DNA from: Longimicrobiales bacterium
Lineage (GTDB): Bacteria; Gemmatimonadota; Gemmatimonadetes; Longimicrobiales; Gaopeijiaceae
Direction of reading: 5' to 3'
Assembly: GCA_963422615.1 (NCBI GenBank)
Contig: OY730414.1
Location: forward strand, 744,001 to 808,000
Length of the DNA: 64,000 nt
A program made the position numbers and the translations under genes. Numbering within the stretch: the stretch's first letter is position 1; the number at the start of each line of letters is the position of its first letter. Below are positions 46,950 to 56,991 of this stretch, one piece after another. Below the pieces are notes generated by a model. It ran no database searches. It was not told where the DNA came from and saw only the letters and a list, made by a program, of their open reading frames with translations.

Positions 46950-48017
46950 ATGTTGAAGACCCGTTCCCTCCGGCCCTCGTCACCCGTGTCCGATATTCCG
47001 AGCCCTGCCCCTAGGGCACCTCAAGCCGAGGTTGCCCTGGCCCGACGCATCCAGCGCGGGCGTGAGAAAATCCTCTCCGAAGTCCGCAAGGTCATCGTCG
47101 GGCAGGAGGAGGCCGTTGAGCACGTGCTCCTGACCCTCTTCGTGGGGGGAAACAGCCTTCTGGTCGGGGTCCCGGGACTTGCCAAGACGCTGCTCATCCA
47201 CACTGTTGCCCGGGTTCTGGACCTGAAGTTTTCCCGGATCCAGTTCACCCCGGACCTGATGCCGTCGGACATCACCGGAACCGACATCATCCAGCAGCGG
47301 GAGGACGGTAGCCGCGGACTCGTCTTCGCACCGGGCCCCGTCTTTGCCAATGTCGTCCTGGCCGACGAGATCAACCGCACGCCCCCCAAGACCCAGTCCG
47401 CCCTCCTCGAGGCGATGCAGGAACATCGGGTCACGGTCCAGGCCAAGACCTACGAACTGGAGCCGCCCTTCTTCGTCTTCGCGACCCAGAACCCGATCGA
47501 ACTGGAAGGGACATACCCGCTTCCGGAGGCCCAGCTGGATCGGTTCATGTTCCATATTCGCATGGACCACCTGGAAGAGGACGAAGAGATGGAAGTGGTC
47601 CGTACCACGACCGACGAGGCAGAACCCGAGCTGACAAGGGTTGTCTCCCGGGAGGACCTGATCGCGTTTCAGGACCTGGTGCGCCGGGTTCCCGTCTCCG
47701 AACCCGTTCTGCGCTATGCGGTCAACTTGGTGCGGCGGAGTCGGCCAAGCCCGAACGGTGGGCATGAATTCGTGACGAAATGGGTCTCCTACGGCGCCAG
47801 CGTCCGAGCGGCCCAGTATCTGATCCTCGGAGGGAAGGCCAGGGCCCTCACCCAGGGGCGGTTGACCGTGAGCTTCGAAGACGTCCGGACCTTGGCCCTA
47901 CCCGTCCTTCGGCACCGGATTCTCACCAACTTTCGGGCGGAGTCGGAAGGCCGCACCACTGACGAGCTGGTGGAGATGCTGTTGGACGCCGTCCCGGTAC
48001 CCAGTTCGGGAATGTAG
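46950..48017 (+). CDS. moxR: MoxR-family AAA+ ATPase
   Basis: Walker A 'GVPGLAKT', 'RIQFTPDLMPSDITG', Walker B 'LADEINR', 'ATQNPIELEGTYPLPEAQLDRF'; start 46950 or 46986. Confidence 0.95.
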   Translation: MLKTRSLRPSSPVSDIPSPAPRAPQAEVALARRIQRGREKILSEVRKVIVGQEEAVEHVLLTLFVGGNSLLVGVPGLAKTLLIHTVARVLDLKFSRIQFTPDLMPSDITGTDIIQQREDGSRGLVFAPGPVFANVVLADEINRTPPKTQSALLEAMQEHRVTVQAKTYELEPPFFVFATQNPIELEGTYPLPEAQLDRFMFHIRMDHLEEDEEMEVVRTTTDEAEPELTRVVSREDLIAFQDLVRRVPVSEPVLRYAVNLVRRSRPSPNGGHEFVTKWVSYGASVRAAQYLILGGKARALTQGRLTVSFEDVRTLALPVLRHRILTNFRAESEGRTTDELVEMLLDAVPVPSSGM

Positions 48018-48019
48018 GC

Positions 48020-48934
48020 GTGACGAAGACTTCGGCTCCAGCCCCCCGGGCGTCCTTCCTGGACCCCGTCGTACTGGCCCGGATCGACAACCTGGAATTG
48101 CTGGCACGGACCGTGGTGGACGGCTTCCTTCAAGGCATCCACCGCTCTCCTTACCTGGGCGTGAGCATGGACTTCGCGGAGCACCGTCCCTACATGCCCG
48201 GGGATGATATCCGAAGGATTGACTGGCGGCTGTACGCCCGTACGGACCGCTTCCATATCAAGCAGTTCGAGGCCGAGACCAACGCTGACCTGGGCTTCCT
48301 TCTGGACGTATCGGCTTCCATGGCCTATGGCTCCGGCGACATTCCCAAGCTGGATTACGCGCGATACCTGACCGCCTGCCTGGCTTGGTTTTCCGCAGCC
48401 CAGAAGGACCGGGTCGGGCTCTATGCCTTTGACCACGAGGTCGTGGAGTACGTCCGCCCTTCGGCAGCCCACCTGGATAAGGTCCTCCACGCCGTGGCCC
48501 GGGTAAAGGGGGAGAGGCGCGGAGACTGGGACTCCCCCCTGACCCAGGTGGCCAACACCTTCCGCCGCCGGGGCATACTGGCTGTCGTCTCCGACTTCTA
48601 CGACGATCCGGAGGAGGTTGCGGGGGCGTTGGGATTCTTCCGTGCCCAGGGCCACGATGTCGTTGCTTTCCACATCCTGGATCCGGCGGAGATCGATTTT
48701 CCCTTTGCCCACATATCCAACTTTCAGGATCTGGAAACCCGGGAGATCCTGCCCGTGGCGCCCGAGAAGTACGCCCGGATCTACCGGGACCGGGTGGGAG
48801 CCCACATCACCCGGCTGGACGAGCTTCTGGGCAAGCAAGGCGTGGACTACGTGACGCTGAACACAGCGGAGCCCTTGGACAGGGCGCTTTACGCCTACTT
48901 GGTCTTTCGCCAAAGGACCATGAAGGTGCGCTAG
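48020..48934 (+). CDS. DUF58 (VWA-like) protein
   Basis: 'DFAEHRPYMPGDDIRRIDW', 'LDVSASM', 'VVSDF'. Confidence 0.94.
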   Translation: MTKTSAPAPRASFLDPVVLARIDNLELLARTVVDGFLQGIHRSPYLGVSMDFAEHRPYMPGDDIRRIDWRLYARTDRFHIKQFEAETNADLGFLLDVSASMAYGSGDIPKLDYARYLTACLAWFSAAQKDRVGLYAFDHEVVEYVRPSAAHLDKVLHAVARVKGERRGDWDSPLTQVANTFRRRGILAVVSDFYDDPEEVAGALGFFRAQGHDVVAFHILDPAEIDFPFAHISNFQDLETREILPVAPEKYARIYRDRVGAHITRLDELLGKQGVDYVTLNTAEPLDRALYAYLVFRQRTMKVR

Positions 48935-48941
48935 GCAGGAT

Positions 48942-51122
48942 GTGAGCTTCCTCGCCCCCCTCTTCCTGGTTGGCTTGGCAGGACTGGCGATTCCGGTCTT
49001 GATCCACCTCACCCGTCACGAACGGGGGAGGCCGGTGCGATTTCCTTCCCTCATGTTCCTGGACCGGATTCCCTTTCAGGAGACCTCTAGGCGGCGGATC
49101 CGCAACTGGGTGCTCCTTCTTGTTCGCCTCGCCGCCCTGGCCCTCTTGGTCGCCGCCTTTGCCCGGCCCTTCGTGCGCGGAGGTGTTCTGGCGTCGGTTG
49201 GGGGACCGGGACCCGAGGAGGTCGTCATCCTCCTGGACCGTTCCTACTCCATGGACCTTGCGGACCACTGGGAACAGGCCGTATCCAGAGCCCGAGAGGT
49301 GGTCGGCGCACTGGAGGTGCCGGACCGGATCTCTCTGATTGCCTTTTCCGAGACTCCGCACCTCCTTCAACGCTCGGTTGCCGATCCGAGGCCGGTCGCG
49401 GCAGCGCTGGACACTCTGGAGACCAGCTCCCTCGCCACCCGGTACGCTCCAGCGGTGAAGCTGGCGGCCTCCATCGTGGAGACCTCGACCCTTTCCCGGC
49501 GGCGCGTTGTGATGATCAGCGACTTCCAACGCTCGGGTTGGCGTCCGGACCGGGACGCCTTCTTGCCCGACGGCGTGACCGTTGAGCCCGTCGTCATCGG
49601 CGGGACGGACACCGGTACGGATGGGGGAATGGGGCCGGGCGACGAAACGAGTGCGGCCGAGACCCCCGGAGGGGATAACCTGGCGCTCACCGGCTTGGTG
49701 TTGCGTCGTGAATCTGCCGGGGGGCGGGAGCGGGTCGCCGTCCAGGTGCGCCTGGTCAACGCCGGGTCGGGGAGCACCCAGGCGGATGTCGCGCTGTCCG
49801 TCGACGAGACCGTGGTGGAGACGTCATCCGTCACCGCCCCCCCCGCCGGAGCCGCCCCGGTCGCGTTCAACCCGTTCACCCTGACCCACCCGTTCACTCG
49901 GGGCGAAGTTCGCGTCTCCGACACCGGGCTGCAGGAAGACAACACCCTGAACTTCGTCATCTCCCCGGGAGGCGACATACGTGTCCTCATCGTGGACCCC
50001 TTGGGCATCGAGGAGTCCAACCTCTACCTGAGGGGGGCCTTGGGCGTCGCCCAGGGTGCGGGTTTCACGAGCCGGGTAATCCGCGGCGCGCCAGGGAGCA
50101 GCCAGCTTGAAAGCGCCGATTTGGTGATCCTCAACGGGGGGCCTTTCCCCGGGGGAGATGCCGGCGACCGGCTCCGGGCCTTCGTCGCGGGAGGAGGAGG
50201 GCTCCTGGTCGTTCTGGGCGAACGTACCCGGGTGCCGCAGGTCTATGCCGACTTTCTGCCCGTGACCGTCGGGACAATCAACGATGCAGCCGGGGAGCGC
50301 CGCCGGCTGGGCTTCGTGGACTACGATCACGCGATCTTCGAGGCGTTTCGAGGCGCTCGCTCGGGAGATTTTTCCCGAGTCGGATTCTACCGCACCCGCA
50401 GCGTGACGGTATCGGGCGGCCAAGTGCTGGCCCGTTTCGACGACGGCTCTGCGGCTCTGGTCGAGGGTCGGCGGGGAAAGGGGCGGATCCTTGTCTGGAC
50501 CACGGGGTTGGACCGATACTGGAACGACTTCCCGCTGCAGCCCGTGTACCTGCCCTTTGTGCACAGGGTCGCCGAGTACCTGGGCGGAAGAGGCGAAGTT
50601 CCGCTGTGGCACAGAGCGGGTAGCACGATAAACCTGGCCGATCTCGCCGAAGCCTTCGGCGCCTTCGAGATTCCCGAAGGGGCAGTCGCCATGGATCCGG
50701 GAGGTGGCGCCGTTCCCTTGGATCCAGAGACATACTTGCTGAGGCTGGACACCCGCGGAATCTGGGAAATCCGGCCGCCGGGGGTGCGGTCCGACCCGCC
50801 TATGGCCCTGGCCGTGAACGTCGACTTGGCGGAATCGGACCTGGCCAAGCTGGACATCGAAGAATTCCTGGGCGCGATCGGGGGGTGGGAAGGGGGAACC
50901 GGGGTAGAGGACGCGTCGGGAGAGGATGCTCTGGGAACCCGACCAGGAGTCGCAGGAGGCGAAGAGGCGGTCCGCACGGCTCAGCAGGCCAAGGACTTCG
51001 AAGAGCGCCAGTCCTTTTGGCGATTCCTGCTGGCGGCGGCGTTCTTGGCCATGGTGTCGGAGACTCTGCTGGCGAACCGGTTGTCCCGGCACACCATCAA
51101 AGGGGAAGGATCGGGCGTTTGA
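48942..51122 (+). CDS. BatA-domain + VWA membrane protein
   Basis: BatA N-terminus 'FLAPLFL...IPVLIHL...FPSLMFL...AFARP', MIDAS 'LDRSYSM', 'ISDFQ', C-terminal TM. Confidence 0.9.
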   Translation: MSFLAPLFLVGLAGLAIPVLIHLTRHERGRPVRFPSLMFLDRIPFQETSRRRIRNWVLLLVRLAALALLVAAFARPFVRGGVLASVGGPGPEEVVILLDRSYSMDLADHWEQAVSRAREVVGALEVPDRISLIAFSETPHLLQRSVADPRPVAAALDTLETSSLATRYAPAVKLAASIVETSTLSRRRVVMISDFQRSGWRPDRDAFLPDGVTVEPVVIGGTDTGTDGGMGPGDETSAAETPGGDNLALTGLVLRRESAGGRERVAVQVRLVNAGSGSTQADVALSVDETVVETSSVTAPPAGAAPVAFNPFTLTHPFTRGEVRVSDTGLQEDNTLNFVISPGGDIRVLIVDPLGIEESNLYLRGALGVAQGAGFTSRVIRGAPGSSQLESADLVILNGGPFPGGDAGDRLRAFVAGGGGLLVVLGERTRVPQVYADFLPVTVGTINDAAGERRRLGFVDYDHAIFEAFRGARSGDFSRVGFYRTRSVTVSGGQVLARFDDGSAALVEGRRGKGRILVWTTGLDRYWNDFPLQPVYLPFVHRVAEYLGGRGEVPLWHRAGSTINLADLAEAFGAFEIPEGAVAMDPGGGAVPLDPETYLLRLDTRGIWEIRPPGVRSDPPMALAVNVDLAESDLAKLDIEEFLGAIGGWEGGTGVEDASGEDALGTRPGVAGGEEAVRTAQQAKDFEERQSFWRFLLAAAFLAMVSETLLANRLSRHTIKGEGSGV

Positions 51123-51260
51123 CGGCGTGCTGCCCGTCAACGAAGGCCGCCCGCGCCGGATCAGCAGGTGTTTGGCTTAACCGGTCAACCCCGCTTTTCC
51201 CTGTCCGCTGGACAGATCCGAATTTAGCTTGGCCGTAGTCAGGGACATAAAGGAGGGATC

Positions 51261-54200
51261 ATGGCGGTATTGAGGGCAAAGGGAGCGGCGGTCGAGATCC
51301 TGCGGGTGGTCCGCCAAGTGCGCCGACGTTGGCGGCTCAAGCTCCTTCTCCGCGGGTTGGCCATCTCTGCGGCGGGTGTTCTGATCACCTTTTTGATTTC
51401 TGCGTCGGGCCTGGAAGCGCTTCGCTTCCAACCGGTCGCCGTCACGGCCCTTCGTGCCACCTTGTGGCTGGTAACCGGATTCCTTCTGGTTCGCTGGGTT
51501 CTCTGGCCCCTGCTCCGTCCCGTCTCCGACGAGCGGGTTGCCCTGTATCTGGAGGAACATGCTCCCTCCCTGCGGTCCCGTGTCCTCACGGCCGTCGAAG
51601 CTGCTGGGCGCGATCAAAGCCCCGGCTCCGGGTTGCTTCAGGAGGTGGTGGCGCGCGCGGTTGAGCAATGTCGGCAAATCGATTACGGGAAGAGAATCGA
51701 GCGGTCCTCCGTCCGCCGATCCGCAGCCGTGCTGGGAGGCATCGCCCTGGCGTCCGCCGTCCTCCTTCTCTTTGGCCCGGGCTTCCTTCGGCACGGGGCG
51801 TCGGCGCTTCTGTTCCCCGCCAGAGGGGCGGAGACGGTCAACCCGTACGGCATTTCCGTTGAGCCGGGGGATACCACGATCTCCCGAAACTCGGATCTCA
51901 CGATTTCATCCGTCCTCCGAGGCTTCGAATCGGACGAGGCGGTGCTCTATACCCGAGGAGAAGGGGATGCCGGCTATTCGGCCACGGCGATGATCGAAGA
52001 CGGCGCGGGTGCCCATCAGGGACTGCTCCTCAACGTGGCAGAGGAGACCCGCTACTACGTGGAGTCCAATGGTGTCCGCTCCGGGACATTTACCCTGGGC
52101 GTGGCGGACCTACCCGCGGTAGACCGCCTGGAGATGGAGTATCACTTCCCTTCCTACACGGGACTGGCGCCCCGCCGCTTCGAGTACGGGGGAGATGTGG
52201 CCGCGCTGGCCGGAACCACGGTGAAGCTGGCCGTGACCCCGACCTTGCCCTCCCCCGGAGCCCTCCTTGTCATGGATTCGGGCGACACAATTTCTTTGAT
52301 GGCAGATCCCGACGGATCCTTTGAAGGCTCCTTCCAGGTGCGAAACCAGGGCTTCTACGGCATCCGATTCCAGACCCGGGACGGGGCCTGGATCGTCGGC
52401 GCACCGGACTACCAGATCGATGTTTTGGCGGACCAAGAGCCGTCGATTTCCTTCAGCAAGCCCGGGCGCGACATCGAGGTCAGTTCCGTGGAAGAAGTGT
52501 TTATCGAAGCCCGGGCCGACGACGATCTGGGGATCGCCGAAGTCCTCTGGGTCCGTTCGGTGAACGGCGGGCCTCCCGACACGGTTCGCATCTATGCTTC
52601 GACGGAGACGCCCCTGACCGAAGTCACGGTCGGCCACACGGTCTTTTTGGAAGACCACGAACTGGAGACGGGCGACCTGATCGCCTATCACGGCGTTGCC
52701 CGGGACAACGCGCCGGTTCCCAGGGAGGCCATGACCGACATCTACTTCCTTCAGATCCGCCCCTTCCGGCGCGACTTCCGAGAGGCCCAAGGGGCTGGCG
52801 GCGGGGAGGGTGGCGGAGGCGGAGGAATGGAAGAGGATCTGTCGGCGCTTCAGCGCCAGATCATTGCGGCCACCTTCAACTTGATCCGGGACCGGGAGAG
52901 CTACACGGCGGAAACCTGGGAAGAGAACGTGGTCAGCGTCGCCCTGGGTCAGCAGCGGTTGCGGGAACAGGTGGAGACCCTCACCCAGCGGATCGTGAAC
53001 CGGGGCATCACGGAGGCGGATGAGTCCTTCCTCCACATTGCCCAGGCCCTGCCCGAAGCCGCAAAGGCGATGCAGGAGGCGGAGGATTCCCTTCGGGCAC
53101 TGAGCCCGGGGGGTGCCATCGGGCCGGAGCAACGGTCCCTTCGCCAGCTTCAGAAAGCGGAAGAGACCTACGAGCGCTTCGTATCCGCAGAGCAGCAGCA
53201 GGGAGGAGGGGGCGGCGGCCAGGGAGGCCCAAGCGCCGAGGACCTGGCGGACCTCTTCGAGCTGGAAACGGACAAGCTCCGCAACCAGTACGAGACCGTT
53301 CAGCGAAGCCGCCAGGAGACAGCGGACCAGGGCGTTGATGCGTCCCTGGAAAAGCTACGGGAGCTGGCGCGGCGACAGGAGCAGGAGATGGAACGCCAGC
53401 GTCGGCGGGCGGCGGCCAGCCAGGGCGGGCAGACCGGAGGCGGGGGCCAAGCGGCCCGAGATCTGGCCGAGGAAGCGGAGGAGGCGGCTCGTCAGCTGGA
53501 GCGTCTTTCCAGGGAGACGGGCGATCGGAGCCTGGAAGATGTGTCCCGGGAATTGGAACGAGCGGCGGACGAAATGCGCCGATCCGCTGCCGAAGGCGGG
53601 AGTGCCGGTGTGTCCGAAGCCCGATCCGCCCTCCAGCGGTTGCGGGGCGCCCGGGACCAGCTGGAAATCGTTCAGGACGATCGCCTGCTGCGGGACCTGG
53701 ACGACATTCGCCAGCGAGTCGATGGGCTGGACCGCCAGCAGCAGGATGTGGAGAACCGTATGGAGGCGATGCGGAGAGTCGGTCGACCGTCGGCGGAACA
53801 GACAAGGAGGATTCGGGATACCAAGGAGGAGATGGCCGAGGAAGTAGGCGAGGTATCGACTCGGTTGGATCAGCTTGCCAGGACCGCAAGACGCGACGGA
53901 AGGGAAGGAGCCGCTGATCTTGATGAAGCGTCGGCGACAATCCGCGACACCCAGCTGCGCGAACGACTGCTGTACTCTCGTGGCCTCGTGGGACGCCCCG
54001 GCCAGGAAGAGTATGCCGAGGCTTTCGAGAACCAGACGTCCCAGGCGATCCGCTCCCTGGGGAACCGGTTGGAAGAGGCGGCAGAGGCGATCCGGGAAGG
54101 GGGCAGGGATGATGACCCGAGGACCGAGGCTCTTGAGTCGGCCCGAGATCTGGTCCGGAGTCTGGAGTCGTTGGAACAGCGCTCCGGGCGGCCTGGAGCT

Positions 54201-54698
54201 CGGGGCGATGCGGAGGAGGAAGCGGGAGGCGGGGAGGGAACGGATGCAGGACAGAACCGGGAAGGCCGGGGTGCTGGGGGTGCCTTCAATCCCGGAGGCG
54301 GTCCGGGGGGGACGGCTCCTCGGAGTTTCAGCGCCGACGATGTTCGCCGCATGCGCAGGGAGATCGGGGAACGGGAGGCGGAAGTCCGAGCGCTTGCGGG
54401 ACTGATTGAGCGGGCCGGTGCGGATCCCGGGGATCTGGAAGCCATGGTCGCGGTGATGCGGGCCCTGGACAGAGACAGGACGTACTCCGACCCCGAGGAG
54501 GTTCTCCGCCTTCAGCGCGCGTTGGTCGAAGGCATGAAACAGCTCGAGTTCCGACTCCGACGGGAGTTCGCCGCCGGTGAGGAGGAAGAGACGCTCCCCT
54601 ACCTGTCGAGCGACGTGCCTGAAGAATACCGGGCGCTGGTGGAGGAGTACTACCGAACCCTGTCTCGGGGGAAGCCGCCGGGAGGAGGCTTGGGCTGA
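51261..54698 (+). CDS. Large membrane-anchored coiled-coil protein (DUF4175-like)
   Basis: Three N-terminal TMs, 'FPSYTG', 'ADDDLGI', long Q/E/R-rich coiled coil, C-terminal 'VPEEYRALVEEYYRTL'; AAAGGAGG RBS. Confidence 0.8.
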   Translation: MAVLRAKGAAVEILRVVRQVRRRWRLKLLLRGLAISAAGVLITFLISASGLEALRFQPVAVTALRATLWLVTGFLLVRWVLWPLLRPVSDERVALYLEEHAPSLRSRVLTAVEAAGRDQSPGSGLLQEVVARAVEQCRQIDYGKRIERSSVRRSAAVLGGIALASAVLLLFGPGFLRHGASALLFPARGAETVNPYGISVEPGDTTISRNSDLTISSVLRGFESDEAVLYTRGEGDAGYSATAMIEDGAGAHQGLLLNVAEETRYYVESNGVRSGTFTLGVADLPAVDRLEMEYHFPSYTGLAPRRFEYGGDVAALAGTTVKLAVTPTLPSPGALLVMDSGDTISLMADPDGSFEGSFQVRNQGFYGIRFQTRDGAWIVGAPDYQIDVLADQEPSISFSKPGRDIEVSSVEEVFIEARADDDLGIAEVLWVRSVNGGPPDTVRIYASTETPLTEVTVGHTVFLEDHELETGDLIAYHGVARDNAPVPREAMTDIYFLQIRPFRRDFREAQGAGGGEGGGGGGMEEDLSALQRQIIAATFNLIRDRESYTAETWEENVVSVALGQQRLREQVETLTQRIVNRGITEADESFLHIAQALPEAAKAMQEAEDSLRALSPGGAIGPEQRSLRQLQKAEETYERFVSAEQQQGGGGGGQGGPSAEDLADLFELETDKLRNQYETVQRSRQETADQGVDASLEKLRELARRQEQEMERQRRRAAASQGGQTGGGGQAARDLAEEAEEAARQLERLSRETGDRSLEDVSRELERAADEMRRSAAEGGSAGVSEARSALQRLRGARDQLEIVQDDRLLRDLDDIRQRVDGLDRQQQDVENRMEAMRRVGRPSAEQTRRIRDTKEEMAEEVGEVSTRLDQLARTARRDGREGAADLDEASATIRDTQLRERLLYSRGLVGRPGQEEYAEAFENQTSQAIRSLGNRLEEAAEAIREGGRDDDPRTEALESARDLVRSLESLEQRSGRPGARGDAEEEAGGGEGTDAGQNREGRGAGGAFNPGGGPGGTAPRSFSADDVRRMRREIGEREAEVRALAGLIERAGADPGDLEAMVAVMRALDRDRTYSDPEEVLRLQRALVEGMKQLEFRLRREFAAGEEEETLPYLSSDVPEEYRALVEEYYRTLSRGKPPGGGLG

Positions 54699-54808
54699 CC
54701 GGCCGGGGGCTTTGACCGGTTGTCTCGCTGCATTTGCATTATGTATTGATGGTGATGATTATTACCCTGGAGACACGACGGATCCTTGAAAGGTCAAAAG
54801 CGAATTCC

Positions 54809-56104
54809 ATGAACAATCCACTGCCGATCCGAATTCGGAGGTTTTCCACGGTCATATTGGCGGTTCTCTTGGCCGTCTGCGACAGCAACGCCGGACCTCA
54901 GACGACGGGCACGATTTCGGACCGGACGTTGGCGATCGGTGGGGATGTTCGAGTTGATTTGGCCAGTTTTTTTACGGATCCTGATGGGGATAAACTCACC
55001 TTTACAGCGACATCCAGCGCGCCCAGCGTGGTGACGACCACCGTTTCCGGGAGCCTCGTTACGATCAGTCCGGTCGCCGTCGGCACAGCCACGGTGACCG
55101 CCACGGCCACCGACCCCGAAGGGTTGTCGGCGACGCTTGACTTTGCGGCTACGGTCGAGAATCGGCCGCCTGAGGCGACGGGCACGATTCCCAGCCAGAC
55201 CATGGGGGTCGGCCGCGGTCTTATATTTGACTTGACCTATTTTTTCACGGATCCCGATGGGGGTAAACTCACCTTTACGGCGACATCCAGCGCGCCCAGC
55301 GTGGTGACGACCACCGTTTCCGATAGCGTCGCTACGATCAATGCGGTCGCTCTCGGCACAGCCACGGTGACCGCCACGGCCACCGACGCGCAAGGGTCGT
55401 CGGCTACACTCGACTTTTCTGTCACCGTGGCGGAAAGGGTGAAGTTCCGGGACGACTTCGATCGTTTTGATAAGGATCTCTGGGCGCTCTCAGATGTCGA
55501 TGCAACGGTGAGCGATAGTATCCTGAATCTTGAGCCTACAGTGCCCGACGAATACGACGGAACTGCGACGCATGAGCCGAATTCCGTTCTGACGGACTGG
55601 GAGGCCAGCGTAAGGATGAGTCGTCAGAAGGCCGATGAAGCCTACGCGGCTCTCTTTTTTACTACGACGGATTCTCGGTACACACATCTTCTTTTTGTGA
55701 TATGGGATCGAGAACTCTCCGGGGAAAAAGCGAACTATACGCTCTTATACTGGGATGAGGTGCAAGAGACTTTCTACTACACAGCTGAGTCCTTCGGGTA
55801 TTCGCCGGATGTACACCATGCCCTGGGGGAGTTCACCGAGATTACGGTCAGCGAGTTCTACGGGAACCTGACAGCCTATGCCGGAAAGACCAAGCTCTTG
55901 GAGGTCGATTGGGGGTCGGATATCAAGGCTTTCGGTCTCTTGGCAGGGGGCGGGGGTACTTCCGCCTTTGATTGGGTCGAGGTAACGGGCGTTCCTGTGA
56001 CGGCGGCTCCGGTTGCAGGACCCTCCGCCGTCAACGGCAAGGGGATGGACAAGATCACTGGTGTCCCGTTCCCTGTCCCGCTTCTTGTCCCGGTGAGGAA
56101 ATAG
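54809..56104 (+). CDS. Exported protein with two tandem Ig/cadherin-like repeats and an unknown beta-rich C-terminal domain
   Basis: Signal peptide; two 91-aa repeats 'FFTDPDG.KLTFTATSSAPSVVTTTVS...GTATVTATATD'. Confidence 0.78.
   Translation: MNNPLPIRIRRFSTVILAVLLAVCDSNAGPQTTGTISDRTLAIGGDVRVDLASFFTDPDGDKLTFTATSSAPSVVTTTVSGSLVTISPVAVGTATVTATATDPEGLSATLDFAATVENRPPEATGTIPSQTMGVGRGLIFDLTYFFTDPDGGKLTFTATSSAPSVVTTTVSDSVATINAVALGTATVTATATDAQGSSATLDFSVTVAERVKFRDDFDRFDKDLWALSDVDATVSDSILNLEPTVPDEYDGTATHEPNSVLTDWEASVRMSRQKADEAYAALFFTTTDSRYTHLLFVIWDRELSGEKANYTLLYWDEVQETFYYTAESFGYSPDVHHALGEFTEITVSEFYGNLTAYAGKTKLLEVDWGSDIKAFGLLAGGGGTSAFDWVEVTGVPVTAAPVAGPSAVNGKGMDKITGVPFPVPLLVPVRK
54890..55435 (+). repeat. 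Intragenic tandem duplication, 273-nt period
   Basis: Near-identical DNA 'acggatcc.gatggg..taaactcacctttac.gcgacatccagcgcgcccagcgtggtgacgaccaccgtttccg' starting at 54974 and 55247. Confidence 0.9.
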
Positions 56105-56112
56105 GGGCTCAC

Positions 56113-56991
56113 ATGAGTGAGTCGCGTGACTCACTCGTCGAGCCGCGCGGCCCCGTCGCACCGGAACCCCCTTCAGGGACTCCCGGAGGGCGTTGCGTCG
56201 ATCTCGCGGTGGAGGTCGGGGGCGGGGCGGAAGCCGTGTGGGACGCCATCTCCAGCGCGGAAGGAATATCCCGCTGGTTCTCGCCCTTTGCTTCCGTCGA
56301 GCCGGGGGAGGGCGGGACGGTCACCGTGTCGTGGGACGGAAAAAACGAATGGAAGAGCCGGATCACGGCGTGGTCACCCGGTGTTCATTTGCGCCTGGAA
56401 GACGAGCCGTCGGAGAGCGGTCAGGAAGGGGGGACGACCCTGGACTATCACATCGAGGTTCAGGGTAACTCGACCGTGGTCCGCGTGGTGAACGCGGGTT
56501 TTCCCGCGGGAAGCGACTGGGACAACTACCTTTCCATGCTGGACAACGGATGGCGCTTCTTCCTGTGGAACCTCAAGCACGCCCTGGAGCGGCACCCTGG
56601 GGTGTCCCGGACCATGATCAGCGCCCGGCCCTGGGTGAGCGGCCAACGCCGGGAGGTATGGGACCGGCTCTTCGGGGATGGAGGCTTTGGCCCTGCTCCG
56701 TCCAGGAAGGGCGACGGCTTCCGATTTCCCCTTGACGGGGTCCGGGCGTTGGAGGGCACCGCCGTGCTCCTTGACCCGCCCCGGGCCTTTGCAGGGGTAG
56801 TGAAATCCCTGAACGACGGGGTCCTCCACGTGGAAATGGAGGGTAGTGGGGACCGCTGGAAGATGGGAATCTGGATTTCGGCCTATGGGGTGGAGCGGGA
56901 AAAGTGCGATCGGGTCAGGGGGGCCCTGGAGAGGATGGTTGTCCGGAATTTCCCGGAGGAAGCGGACGGCGGATCCTCGACGGGATCGTGA
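56113..56991 (+). CDS. SRPBCC/AHSA1-like domain protein
   Basis: 'EAVWDAISSAEGISRWF', 'TVVRVVNAGF', 'GWRFFLWNLKHALE'. Confidence 0.82.
   Translation: MSESRDSLVEPRGPVAPEPPSGTPGGRCVDLAVEVGGGAEAVWDAISSAEGISRWFSPFASVEPGEGGTVTVSWDGKNEWKSRITAWSPGVHLRLEDEPSESGQEGGTTLDYHIEVQGNSTVVRVVNAGFPAGSDWDNYLSMLDNGWRFFLWNLKHALERHPGVSRTMISARPWVSGQRREVWDRLFGDGGFGPAPSRKGDGFRFPLDGVRALEGTAVLLDPPRAFAGVVKSLNDGVLHVEMEGSGDRWKMGIWISAYGVEREKCDRVRGALERMVVRNFPEEADGGSSTGS

Noticed and set aside
54890..55435. Direct repeats as possible CRISPR array or DGR template/variable pair
   Set aside because: Two in-frame 273-nt protein-domain repeats, no spacers, no cas or reverse transcriptase gene, differences not adenine-specific
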